DNA from: Myxococcota bacterium
GTDB lineage: Bacteria; Myxococcota_A; Polyangia; Nannocystales; Nannocystaceae
DNA: 64,000 nt
Assembly (NCBI GenBank): GCA_039028615.1
Contig: JBCCHT010000008.1
Coordinates: 96,001 to 160,000, forward strand
Direction: 5' to 3'
The notes under the pieces are model-generated. The model was given only the letters and a program-made list of their open reading frames with translations. It made no database searches and was not told the origin of the DNA. Of the stretch, positions 37,012-46,084 are shown one piece after another. Both the position numbers and the translations under genes were made by a program. Position 1 is the stretch's first letter. Each line of letters starts with the position of its first letter.

Positions 37012-37803
37012 ATGGACACCACATTCATCTTCGCCGCCCTGAGCTTCTTTGCCGTCGTCACGGCCGTGACCGCCGCCATGGTGCGGTACCGCGGAGCGAC
37101 CCTCGTGCTCCTCGTCCTGGCCGCGCTGTCGTTCCCGGCCTTGGCCGATACCTCCGACTGGACCTCCTGGTTCGACTGGGCCAAGCGCTACAGCGTGATG
37201 TTCCCGTGCTGTCTGTGGGCCTGGCTGATGTGGCGGGCGGAGTCCGGCCACGAACACCGAGGCGCGCTCCACCGCGGGGTCACCAAGCTCGTCCCGCTGC
37301 TGCTCGCGCTCAACGTGCTCGAGGTCGCCGTGCTCCAATTCGGCGCGGGCCAGCACCTCAACGCGGGGTGTTTGGTGGTGCTCGGGCTCACCACGCCCCT
37401 GACCTTCACGACCGACCCGAGCAGCCGCGTGGTGGGGTTCCGGGATGCCGCGTGGATCACCGCGTTCACCACCAGCCTCACCCTGGTCTACCTGCTCGAT
37501 CCGGTGATCTTGAACACGGCCTTCGGCGCCATCGCGATCCTGCTGATCGCGGGCGGAGCGGCCCTGTTCGTCCGCGACAGCCAAGTCTGGATCGCCTGGC
37601 GCTCCTACACGCTCGTACTCCTCATCCTGCAGGATTCCTACAGCAACGCGCTGTCCGACTGGCTTTACCCCGACTTCATGCACCCCGGTGCGCGAGCGGT
37701 GCTCGCCGGGACCCCGGTGGAGTACGGGTTGCTCGCCGTGAGCGTCCTGAGCCTGAGCCTGGTGGTCATGGACCGCGTGCAGCGTTTTCGGAGCCGCCGA
37801 TGA
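37012..37803 (+). CDS. Polytopic membrane protein (DUF5692-like)
   Basis: WFDWAKRYS, LALNVLE, HLNA, WIAWRSYTL. About 8 TM helices. Confidence 0.6.
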   Translation: MDTTFIFAALSFFAVVTAVTAAMVRYRGATLVLLVLAALSFPALADTSDWTSWFDWAKRYSVMFPCCLWAWLMWRAESGHEHRGALHRGVTKLVPLLLALNVLEVAVLQFGAGQHLNAGCLVVLGLTTPLTFTTDPSSRVVGFRDAAWITAFTTSLTLVYLLDPVILNTAFGAIAILLIAGGAALFVRDSQVWIAWRSYTLVLLILQDSYSNALSDWLYPDFMHPGARAVLAGTPVEYGLLAVSVLSLSLVVMDRVQRFRSRR

Positions 37804-38921
37804 CCATCGAAGACCGCTCCACCCTCATCGGCCTGCTCCGGCCGCGCCGTCGGACCCTCGAGGCGGGCGACATCTTGCTCCGCGAGGGCGAGACCACCCA
37901 GCGCATGTACCTGCTGCAGAGCGGCCAGCTCGAGATCCTGCGCTCGATCCAGGGCGGTACCGAGGCCTTCGTGGGCACCATGGAGGAGGGCCAGCTCGTG
38001 GGCGAGGACTCGCTGCTCGAGGGCAAGCCGCACCTGGCCACCCTGCGGGCCAGCCAGCGTTGTGTGCTGCTCGAGGTGGGCCGTGAGGTGCTCGATGGCT
38101 TCGATCCGCAGCGCTCCACCCCGCTGGAGTATCTGCTCGTGGAGGTGGCCCGCAGCCTCGGCAGCCACCTTCGCGTCAGCCGGGACAACGCCTGTGCCGC
38201 GGTGCGCCAGCGCCTCGACCTGTCGGCGATGCGCAACACCATGGCCAGCTTCTTGGTGCACATGCTGCTGGGCTTCGCCGCCTATGCGGTGGCCATGAAG
38301 TACGTCTCGGCGCAGCAGCTGACGCTGCACAACTCCACCTTGCTCACCGGCCCCATGATGGTGGTGATGCTCGCCATCGCGGTGGCCTTCGCTCGCCGCA
38401 GCGAGCTGCCCGCGGGGATCTTCGGCGTCACCCTGCGAGGCGCGGGGCGGAACATTCAGGAGGCCCTGCTGTGGTCGGTGCCCGTCCTGCTCGCGCTGCT
38501 CGGCGCCAAGTGGGCGCTGGTCGAGTTCCACCCCGCGTACGCCCACGAGCCCATCGCTCCCTTGCTGCATCGCCCCTTCGCCTGGGGCCCCGCGTGCGCG
38601 TGCCTGGCCTACGCGGTGCTGGTGCCCGTGCAGGAGTTCCTGTCGCGCGGCGCCATCCAGGGCCCGCTCTACGAGTTCCTCACCGGGTCGGAGCGACAGC
38701 GATGGTTCTGGGCGATCGTGGTGTCCAACACCCTGTTCGGGGTCACCCACCTGCACCTGACCCTCACCTACGGCGCGGCGGCCTTCGTGGGCGGGATCGT
38801 GTGGGGCGTGCTCTATGCCCGACAGCGCTCGCTGGTCGGCCCCGTGGTCTCCCACGTGGTGATCGGCGTGTTCGCGCTTTATGGTCTGGGCTTCGCCGAG
38901 CTCCTCAATGGCGCGCACTGA
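37800..38921 (+). CDS. Cyclic-nucleotide-binding domain fused to CPBP (CAAX/Abi) intramembrane protease domain
   Basis: GDILLREGE...MYLLQSGQLEI...GEDSLL...ATLRA (cNMP). QEFLSRG, FGVTH, SHVVIG (CPBP). ATGA overlap with the upstream gene. Confidence 0.85.
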   Translation: MTIEDRSTLIGLLRPRRRTLEAGDILLREGETTQRMYLLQSGQLEILRSIQGGTEAFVGTMEEGQLVGEDSLLEGKPHLATLRASQRCVLLEVGREVLDGFDPQRSTPLEYLLVEVARSLGSHLRVSRDNACAAVRQRLDLSAMRNTMASFLVHMLLGFAAYAVAMKYVSAQQLTLHNSTLLTGPMMVVMLAIAVAFARRSELPAGIFGVTLRGAGRNIQEALLWSVPVLLALLGAKWALVEFHPAYAHEPIAPLLHRPFAWGPACACLAYAVLVPVQEFLSRGAIQGPLYEFLTGSERQRWFWAIVVSNTLFGVTHLHLTLTYGAAAFVGGIVWGVLYARQRSLVGPVVSHVVIGVFALYGLGFAELLNGAH

Positions 38922-38942
38922 GGAGCCCCCGAAGAGGCGGGC

Positions 38943-40301
38943 CTAGGGCGTCTCGCCCGGCTCGGTACAGCCCCACGCCTCCATGCGCAGCTCCCAGTGC
39001 CAGTCCTTGAGCATGAAGGTGCCCGTGCGCTGCACCGACCACCAGCCGCCGTGGGTGAGGTCGAGCTGGAGCTCGGCGGGGATCACCTGCGAGGCGTTGA
39101 ACAAGTGGTCGTCGTTCTCGAGCGCCAGGGCAGCCGCGATGATGTCCGCCGCCGCTCCGATGACGGGCAGGATCCAGCCGTAGGTGCCCGGCAGCGCCCC
39201 GACCCCCGCCGCCGCGTCGGCGATGGCCATGAGGAAGGCCTCGAACGCCCCGGTGTCGTCGCCCTCGAGGCAGTTGTAGGTCATGGCCAGGTTGCCCTGG
39301 GGCGCGACCGGCTCGCCGAGCTGGCCCCACACCACGCCCTCGGCGAGCGCGTAGGTGTACTCGTCGCCGTTGTCGAGCGCGAAGGTCTTGGGCGTGACCC
39401 GAATCTCCGCGCCCGGCGTGGCCTCGGCGATGATGGCACAGTAGATCTGGTCCTTGAAGATGAGGTCGGCCTCATCGTGCACCATGATGCTGGCCAGCCG
39501 AATGCGGAGCAGCGGATCGTTGCAATCGCCGGGCGCGGCCACGGGCGAGTCGACGATCCCCGGCTCGAACGCGGCCGAGTGCCGAGGATCGGGGAAGCGG
39601 GTGCGGTACTGCGCGGCGGTCCCCATGCCCGCGTCGGCGAGCCGATGTCGAACCGCACTCGCGGCCTCGGGGTGTGCAGCGAAGACCTCGCGCAGCTTGG
39701 GGACGAAGGGGTGCTCCCCTGCCATCGGCGTGGAGTCGAGTGCCGCGGCCACGATGCGCATGCCGACGTCCCCCGCCTCGGCCTTGGCCGCGAGCTGCTG
39801 GGCAAGCGGACCGGGGCCGACCGACTCCTTCTCGGGCAGGATGTCGAGCGTCTCGAAGTGCGCGTCGATCTTGCCGGGGATCGTGGCCGTGTCGCAGCTC
39901 GGCGCGTCCGCGCACTGCATGCACTCGCCACAGTCCTCGACGCACGACTCGCAGTCCTCACCCGAGCCCGGGTCGCAGACGTTGTCGCCACAGGTGGGCA
40001 TGGGGCACTGCTCGCAGGCCCCGAACTCGCCGGTCGCGGGATCGCAGAACTGCAGGCCCTGCCCGCCGTCGGGGCAGTCGCAGTCCTGCACGAAGTCGTC
40101 GCAGCTGGGGGCCGCGGTGGAGTCGGCACCATCGCTGCCGTCGGCCGCGGTGCCGCCCGAAGTTCCTCCACCGCTGCCACCCACGACGTCGTCTCCACCG
40201 CAGGCCGAGCCCATCACCCCGGCCATCAACAGGGCCGCAGGTGCGCTCAGGCGCCCTCGCAGGGGAGAAGTGATGGCCATCACTTTACTGAGAAACCGCA
40301 T
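38943..40301 (-). CDS. Cys-rich lipoprotein with C-terminal beta-sandwich-like domain
   Basis: Lipobox GSAC, CGDNVCD...EDCESCVEDCG module. Confidence 0.7.
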   Translation of the reverse strand: MRFLSKVMAITSPLRGRLSAPAALLMAGVMGSACGGDDVVGGSGGGTSGGTAADGSDGADSTAAPSCDDFVQDCDCPDGGQGLQFCDPATGEFGACEQCPMPTCGDNVCDPGSGEDCESCVEDCGECMQCADAPSCDTATIPGKIDAHFETLDILPEKESVGPGPLAQQLAAKAEAGDVGMRIVAAALDSTPMAGEHPFVPKLREVFAAHPEAASAVRHRLADAGMGTAAQYRTRFPDPRHSAAFEPGIVDSPVAAPGDCNDPLLRIRLASIMVHDEADLIFKDQIYCAIIAEATPGAEIRVTPKTFALDNGDEYTYALAEGVVWGQLGEPVAPQGNLAMTYNCLEGDDTGAFEAFLMAIADAAAGVGALPGTYGWILPVIGAAADIIAAALALENDDHLFNASQVIPAELQLDLTHGGWWSVQRTGTFMLKDWHWELRMEAWGCTEPGETP

Positions 40302-40438
40302 CGTGGCCGCGTTATACCCGGACTTCGACCCGCGGCGGTAGCGCATTCGCGCAAGGCCGTGTCGGTTCCGTGAACGCGAGTTCAACGGCCGTGCTCGATG
40401 GCGAGCGACCGCGACGCCACGCTCCGACTCGGGCGTAC

Positions 40439-41248
40439 CTAGGGCAGGCCGTCGTAGCAGACGCCGTACTCTTGCCCGCCTGCATAAACGGCAGGATCGA
40501 GCGGCACGCAGCTGTCGAGCAGCGCGGGGCAGTCGAGGATCGAGGTGCACCACGCCATGCAGTACACCGTGCCCTGCCCCGTATTGACGCAGACGAAGCC
40601 CTGACCGCACTCGGCGTCGGTCGTGCACGCGGAGTACTGCCCCCCGAGCCCGGTCGGCCCCTGGCACAGCGTGTCACCCGTGGGGCTCGGAATGCAGTGC
40701 TGCCCCGCCCCGCATACCGCCGCCGGGTTCATGGGATCGCACAGGCAGCCTTCGTCGGCCGCCCCGTTGCAGTCGTTGTCTTGCCCGTCGCAGATCTCGA
40801 TGCCCGGGCCGACCTCGCCGAGACAGGCACCCCAGGTCTCGTCGGCTCCGCAGGTCTGCATGCCGCCGACGCAGATGCCCACGTTTTGGGTCCCCGCCGG
40901 GCCGCCGTAGCAGGCCTGCGTGGCCCCGACCATGCATTCGCCGGGCATCGGAGGGTCGGGCGGAGGCTCGTCGGAATCGGACGAGTCGGTCGCGGGGTCG
41001 TCGGGGCCCGCGGTGGTGTCCATCTCGGGCATCGAGTCGGCCTGACCCGTCATCACGTCGGTATCGGCCGGAGATTCGCTCGTGCCAGTGTCCGTTCCCG
41101 CACCGTCATCGTCGTCGTCGACCGGAGGTTGGCCGGGGGGCGGACCAAAGGTCAGACCTACGCCACCGCCGTCGACGCCTTGGCTACAGGCGACCAGGCC
41201 TCCGGCGAGCAGCACCATCGGCAACGTTCTGTACGCAATCCAACCCAC
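40439..41248 (-). CDS. Cys-rich lipoprotein with MopE-like putative metal-binding repeat
   Basis: Lipobox LVAC, EICDGQDNDCNGAADEG. Confidence 0.78.
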   Translation of the reverse strand: MGWIAYRTLPMVLLAGGLVACSQGVDGGGVGLTFGPPPGQPPVDDDDDGAGTDTGTSESPADTDVMTGQADSMPEMDTTAGPDDPATDSSDSDEPPPDPPMPGECMVGATQACYGGPAGTQNVGICVGGMQTCGADETWGACLGEVGPGIEICDGQDNDCNGAADEGCLCDPMNPAAVCGAGQHCIPSPTGDTLCQGPTGLGGQYSACTTDAECGQGFVCVNTGQGTVYCMAWCTSILDCPALLDSCVPLDPAVYAGGQEYGVCYDGLP

Positions 41249-41426
41249 GCAAATTCAGCATAGCCGCGTTCCCGGGTCGGCACCAATCTCCGACGACGAT
41301 GGAGTTCGATTCAGGCCGATCCGGGGTCTATAGACCTCCGATCGCGCGGCGGATCCATCCGACCCGCCAAAGAAAAGCGCCCGTCGTTGCCGACGAGCGC
41401 TCTTGGGCGACGAAGGAAGGCGGCGC

Positions 41427-44400
41427 CTAGACGTTGTCCCAAGGATTCGCCGCGGGCGTGGCCAGCAGGTCCTCGATGTCTTCCATGGTGAGCTTCTTGG
41501 TGCCCGACACGTCGCGGCCCAGCGCTCCTTCGGCGATGGCCCGCTTGCGGCGACCGAGCTCGACCATCTTCTGCTCGACCGTGTCCTCGACGACGAGTCG
41601 ATAGACCATGACCGGCTTCTCCTGACCGATACGATGCGCACGGTCGGTGGCCTGATCCTCGACCGCGGGGTTCCACCAGGGGTCGTAGTGAATGACGGTG
41701 TCGGCCTCGGTCAGCGTCAGACCGCTGCCGCCCGCCTTGAGGCTGATGAGGAACACGGGCGGACCGCTGGGCTGCTGGAACTTGGAGACCAGCTCCTCAC
41801 GGTTCTTGGTGCTGCCGTGCAGCCACAGGTACTCGATGCCGAGATCGTCGAGCGTGGCGCCGAGGAGCTTCTGCATCTCGACGAACTGGGAGAACACCAG
41901 CACCTTGCGACCGGAGCCCACGCAGTCGGCGATGAGCTCTCGGAAGGCGTCGAGCTTGGCCGAAGGCGGCACGGCGGAGCCCTCGGGCAGACCGAGCAGC
42001 TTGGGATCGCAGGCGACCTGCCGCAGCCGGGTGAGCGCGGCCAAGATGGTCATCTGCGACTTCTCGATGCCCATCTCCTCGATGCGGCCGTTGATCTCGT
42101 TCTTGGCCGCCTTGAGGATGCGGTTGTACAGGCCGAGCTGGCTGCGCCCGAAGTGGACGAAGAGCGTCTGCTCGGTCTTGGGCGGCAGCTCGGAGGCGAC
42201 GTCCTCTTTCTTGCGCCGCATGACGAAGGGCCGCACGCGGACCTGCAGCGTCTCGAGCACGCGATCGTCACCGTCCTCGATGGGCTTGACGTAGTTCTTC
42301 TGGAACTCGGTGAGCTTGCCGAGGAAGCCGGGCGCCAGGAAGTCGAAGATCGCCCACAGGTCGAGCAGGTGGTTTTCCACCGGGGTACCCGACAGCGCCA
42401 GGCGATGGTCGCACTTGAGCTTCTTGGCGCTCTTGGCGGTGGAGGTGGTCCAGTTCTTGATGTACTGGGCCTCGTCGAGGATGACGTAGCGGAAGCGGAT
42501 CTTGCTCAGCTCGTCGATGTCGCGGCGCAAGATCGAGTAGCTGGTGACGACGACGTCGGTCTTCTTGAGCAGGCGGCGGTTCTCCGCCCGATCGGCGCCG
42601 TGCCAGACCAGCACCGAGAGCGTGGGCGCCCACTTTTGCACCTCTTGCTTCCACACCGAGAGCACCGAGGTCGGGCACACGATGAGCGAGGGGGCCTGCT
42701 TCTCCTCTTCTTTGGCCTTGGTCAGCAGCGCCAGCGCCTGGACCGTCTTACCGAGACCCATGTCGTCGGCGAGGATTCCGGTCATGCGGTTTTGGTGCAG
42801 CTGCCACAGCCAGGCGTAGCCGGAGCGCTGGTACTCGCGCAGCTTGGCGGTGAGCGCCTTGGCCTTGCGAGGAGCACGACCCGACTTCTCGCCGGTCATG
42901 CTCTGCATGAGCTTCTTGACCTCCTTGGCCACCTTGGGGCTGGGGACCTCGGAGAGCAGGCGGGAGAGGTTGCCCAGCTCGAGCGTGCTGATCTCGGCGT
43001 GGCCGTGCTTGTCGAACTGGATGTCGCCCGCGGCGTCGGCCACCGGCTCGAGGATCTTGGGGTCGAGCTTGACCACGCTGCCGTCGGCCAGGGTGATCCA
43101 GCGGCGCCCCTCGTGGAGCCAGCGCAGCAGGTCGCGGAAGGAGATGAGGTCTTTTTCGCCCTCGACGTCGACGATCGCCTCGACGTCGAGCACCGAGCCG
43201 TCGCCGCTGCTCACCGACACGCGCGGCGAGGGGGACTTGCTGCGGATCTTGGGCAGCTTGGGGATGCGTTTTTCCCAGGCCTCGGGCAGCAGCGGAATGC
43301 CGGTAATCAGGAACTCGATGGCCGCGTCGTCGCGCGCGGTGAAGCCCTGCTCGTTGACGTCGAATTCGAGCCCGCGACCCAGCAGGGTCTTGCGGGCGGC
43401 CGACTCGGCGTCGAGATCGCGATAAAACGAGATGGGCTGGCCGTCGATGTCGACCATGTAGCGGGGCGACTCGGGGTCTTCACCGCCGATGCCCAGCGTC
43501 ACGTTGCCGTAGGCCGCGGCGAGCGTGACCTTGATGCGTCGGGCGTCGCCCTCGATGGTGGCGACGATCTTCTCGACCTCGCGGGCATCGGAGGCGAGCG
43601 CGAACAGGTCCTGGCGGGGTACGCCGACCGTCTGGAGTCGCTCGGACAGCGAGTCCATCTGCTCCGCCCCCATCCGGCTGTCCATGACGATGCGCGGCTG
43701 CTTGGACACCGCCTCGAGCACCCACGGCGGGGTGTCGAGGATGGGGAAGATCTCGCAGGTCTTGGTCTCGATGTACCAGGTGGGCGCGCCGAGGACGATG
43801 CGCCCCTGGTCCGTCTCGAAGGTCCGACCGCTGTCGACGTGCTCGAGGAAGCCGTGCAGCTCGACCGCGCCGTCTTTGCGGGTCTCGGCCTGCACGCGCA
43901 TCACCAGCGGCTCGCTGGAGAACTTGAGCTTACCGACGCCCTTGAAGCTGACCTGCGCGTGGCGAGCGAAGTACAGCAAGCTCGCCATGGTGGGCTCTTC
44001 GAGCTCGTACGCGCCGTCGTCGGTGCGATCGACTTCCTGCTCGAGACAGTGCTGGATCATGCGGTCGGCGGGGCCGAGGCCCTCGCGACCCCGACGGCGA
44101 CCGCTGGCCGATGACCCGGCCTGAAACACGGTGACGTACCAGGAGCCCGCCCGCTGCACGATCTGATAGCGGCGCTTGCTGGCCCCGGTCGCTTGCTCGA
44201 CGTCGACGACCCAGGGGTTTTGCGTCGTCGTGATCTCGGCCCCTTGCTGGTACTGCTGACGCAGCGTCATGCCGAGAGCCACCGCGTGGTGGCAGATCTT
44301 CTCCCACCCGTCGTTGAACGTGGGGCAGGTACAGTGAGCCTCCAGCGACTTACCCACCAGCTTCAGCGAAGTGGAGTGCGGGACGGGGTGGCTGCCCTTG

Positions 44401-44552
44401 ACCTTGCCTCGAATGCAATCGCCGTCGATGACGAGATCCGAGACCGCTTTGGCCTTGTGCAACTCCTGCCCGGCCTTGACCGCCTTGGGGCTGGCGATAC
44501 GCACGAGCACCTGAGGCTCCACCAAAGGGAGAAAGCTTTCGATCTTCGACAC
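41427..44552 (-). CDS. SWIM zinc finger + SNF2-family helicase/ATPase
   Basis: CTCP...CHH (SWIM). LREYQ, LADDMGLGKT, DEAQYIKN, LSGTPVEN, LISLKAGGSGL, DPWWNPAVEDQATDRAHRIGQ. Confidence 0.95.
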   Translation of the reverse strand: MSKIESFLPLVEPQVLVRIASPKAVKAGQELHKAKAVSDLVIDGDCIRGKVKGSHPVPHSTSLKLVGKSLEAHCTCPTFNDGWEKICHHAVALGMTLRQQYQQGAEITTTQNPWVVDVEQATGASKRRYQIVQRAGSWYVTVFQAGSSASGRRRGREGLGPADRMIQHCLEQEVDRTDDGAYELEEPTMASLLYFARHAQVSFKGVGKLKFSSEPLVMRVQAETRKDGAVELHGFLEHVDSGRTFETDQGRIVLGAPTWYIETKTCEIFPILDTPPWVLEAVSKQPRIVMDSRMGAEQMDSLSERLQTVGVPRQDLFALASDAREVEKIVATIEGDARRIKVTLAAAYGNVTLGIGGEDPESPRYMVDIDGQPISFYRDLDAESAARKTLLGRGLEFDVNEQGFTARDDAAIEFLITGIPLLPEAWEKRIPKLPKIRSKSPSPRVSVSSGDGSVLDVEAIVDVEGEKDLISFRDLLRWLHEGRRWITLADGSVVKLDPKILEPVADAAGDIQFDKHGHAEISTLELGNLSRLLSEVPSPKVAKEVKKLMQSMTGEKSGRAPRKAKALTAKLREYQRSGYAWLWQLHQNRMTGILADDMGLGKTVQALALLTKAKEEEKQAPSLIVCPTSVLSVWKQEVQKWAPTLSVLVWHGADRAENRRLLKKTDVVVTSYSILRRDIDELSKIRFRYVILDEAQYIKNWTTSTAKSAKKLKCDHRLALSGTPVENHLLDLWAIFDFLAPGFLGKLTEFQKNYVKPIEDGDDRVLETLQVRVRPFVMRRKKEDVASELPPKTEQTLFVHFGRSQLGLYNRILKAAKNEINGRIEEMGIEKSQMTILAALTRLRQVACDPKLLGLPEGSAVPPSAKLDAFRELIADCVGSGRKVLVFSQFVEMQKLLGATLDDLGIEYLWLHGSTKNREELVSKFQQPSGPPVFLISLKAGGSGLTLTEADTVIHYDPWWNPAVEDQATDRAHRIGQEKPVMVYRLVVEDTVEQKMVELGRRKRAIAEGALGRDVSGTKKLTMEDIEDLLATPAANPWDNV

Positions 44553-44808
44553 TGTCGATCGTGATCCTGTCGATGTTGATTCGGCCGCCGTTGCGGCCTA
44601 CTGCCAGCGGACTGGGCCGCCAAAACTGTGGCTCTGCCCTCGCGAGCGGCGGTTCGAGGTCGCTGATTCGACCGGGCGGGACCGCCAGTGACGCATCCGC
44701 TGCTGCACCCACGATGATCTTCCAGAGATCACCCGCGAGCTGCGCGCAACGAACGGGGTCTAGCATGGCCGCGCACGGGGGTCTAGCCTGCCGCCCAAGG
44801 CCGCTCCG

Positions 44809-45900
44809 ATGACCCAGCAGGACACCACCAGCGCCCACGTGGATGGGCTCAACCCGAGTGACCCCGGCGTCACGATGCTCGCCCAGGCCGTCGCGGGGCA
44901 GCCAGCACGTGAGATTCTGCTCGTCTGCGGGGGCGACGTGCCCGGCGTGGGTGCGGAGGCGACCCGCTTGGTGCTCGATCTTCGCGAGCTCTCCGAAAGC
45001 CGCGCACAGGCCATTGCGGTCGGGCTCGATCCCTCCCGTGGTCTGGACCACGACTTCGGCCACGCCATCGTGTGGCCGCGATCCCACCTTGGCAAGGACT
45101 TCAGTGTCGGTTGTCTCGCCCGCGGGGCGCTCGCCCTGCGACCGGGGGGCGTGCTGTGGTGCGCCGTCCGCAAGAACAAGGGCGCCCAGAGCCTCGCCAA
45201 GGAGATCGGCGCGCTCATGGGCGAAGTCGACGTGGTGGACCGGAGTCGTGGCTACCGGCTGCTGCAGGCGCGGCGCACCGACGCCTTCGACGAGGCCAAG
45301 GCACGGCAGCTGCTCGACCAACGCTACGTCATCGAGGACCCCGCGCTGCCCGGGCTGTCACTGCAATCGGCGCCCGGCGTGTTCTCGCGTCGCGAGCTCG
45401 ATGCCGGAACGCGCGTGCTCATCGAGCATGCCGCCCGCTACGACGGGGTGCCCACGCGAGTGCTCGACCTCGGCTGCGGCGTGGGCCCGCTGGCGCTGTG
45501 GGCTGCGACGCGCTTTGGCGATGCCCGGGTGCTCGCGGTGGACAGCAACCTGCTGGCCGTGGACCTGGCGCGGGACAATGCCACTCGACACGACTTGGGC
45601 GACCGCGTGACGGTGATCGCCAGCGATGGCCTGCCCGCCGATCCGTCGGGCGCCGTGCTGGGCATGCGCGGCCGCGTAGAGCTGGCGCTGGTCAATCCGC
45701 CGACGCACGCCGAACCGGAAACGCTCGGACACTTCTCCCGGCAACTGGGACAGTGGCTCGCCCCGGGGGCGGTGGCGATGCTCGTGGTCAGCCGCGCGGG
45801 TCGAATGACCGAGCAGCTGCAGGGGGCCGGAGCCCGAGTGAAGGCCACCCCCTACGAGCGCTACACGGTGCTCGAGGCTCGGTGGACCGCGTCGACCTGA
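44809..45900 (+). CDS. Class I SAM methyltransferase, RsmC/MTS-like
   Basis: KNKGAQS, PGVFSRRELDAGT, VLDLGCGVG, SDG, NPP. Confidence 0.85.
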   Translation: MTQQDTTSAHVDGLNPSDPGVTMLAQAVAGQPAREILLVCGGDVPGVGAEATRLVLDLRELSESRAQAIAVGLDPSRGLDHDFGHAIVWPRSHLGKDFSVGCLARGALALRPGGVLWCAVRKNKGAQSLAKEIGALMGEVDVVDRSRGYRLLQARRTDAFDEAKARQLLDQRYVIEDPALPGLSLQSAPGVFSRRELDAGTRVLIEHAARYDGVPTRVLDLGCGVGPLALWAATRFGDARVLAVDSNLLAVDLARDNATRHDLGDRVTVIASDGLPADPSGAVLGMRGRVELALVNPPTHAEPETLGHFSRQLGQWLAPGAVAMLVVSRAGRMTEQLQGAGARVKATPYERYTVLEARWTAST

Positions 45901-46084
45901 GCGACCGCGAGCAGGAACGTTCGGCCCCGCCCCCGCAACGCCGCGGCCGCTCGCGACCCGGTGGCTCGAATTCGGGCCACTGGCTCCCGGCGTGGGTCGA
46001 ACGCCGTTTGTCTTGGGGCGCGCGCGCCTCGACGGGGTCAGGGATTCTTGGATCGAACAAGGGTAGATATGTTATTTAAGTTAC

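Noticed and set aside
37800..38921. CPBP protein as the myxosortase for the MYXO-CTERM protein at 46085
   Set aside because: It is fused to a cNMP domain, embedded in an unrelated operon and 7 kb away. Nothing in the sequence links them.
41403..44114. Long antisense ORFs (also 56849-60124, 48849-51395, 9785-11665, 53551-55809, 46076-47986)
   Set aside because: Shadows of real genes caused by high GC3 codon bias. They show no motifs of their own.
41427..45900. SNF2 helicase plus methyltransferase as a DISARM/BREX-like defence system
   Set aside because: The genes are divergent, the methyltransferase looks RsmC-like rather than a DNA methylase, and SWIM-SNF2 proteins are common stand-alone genes.
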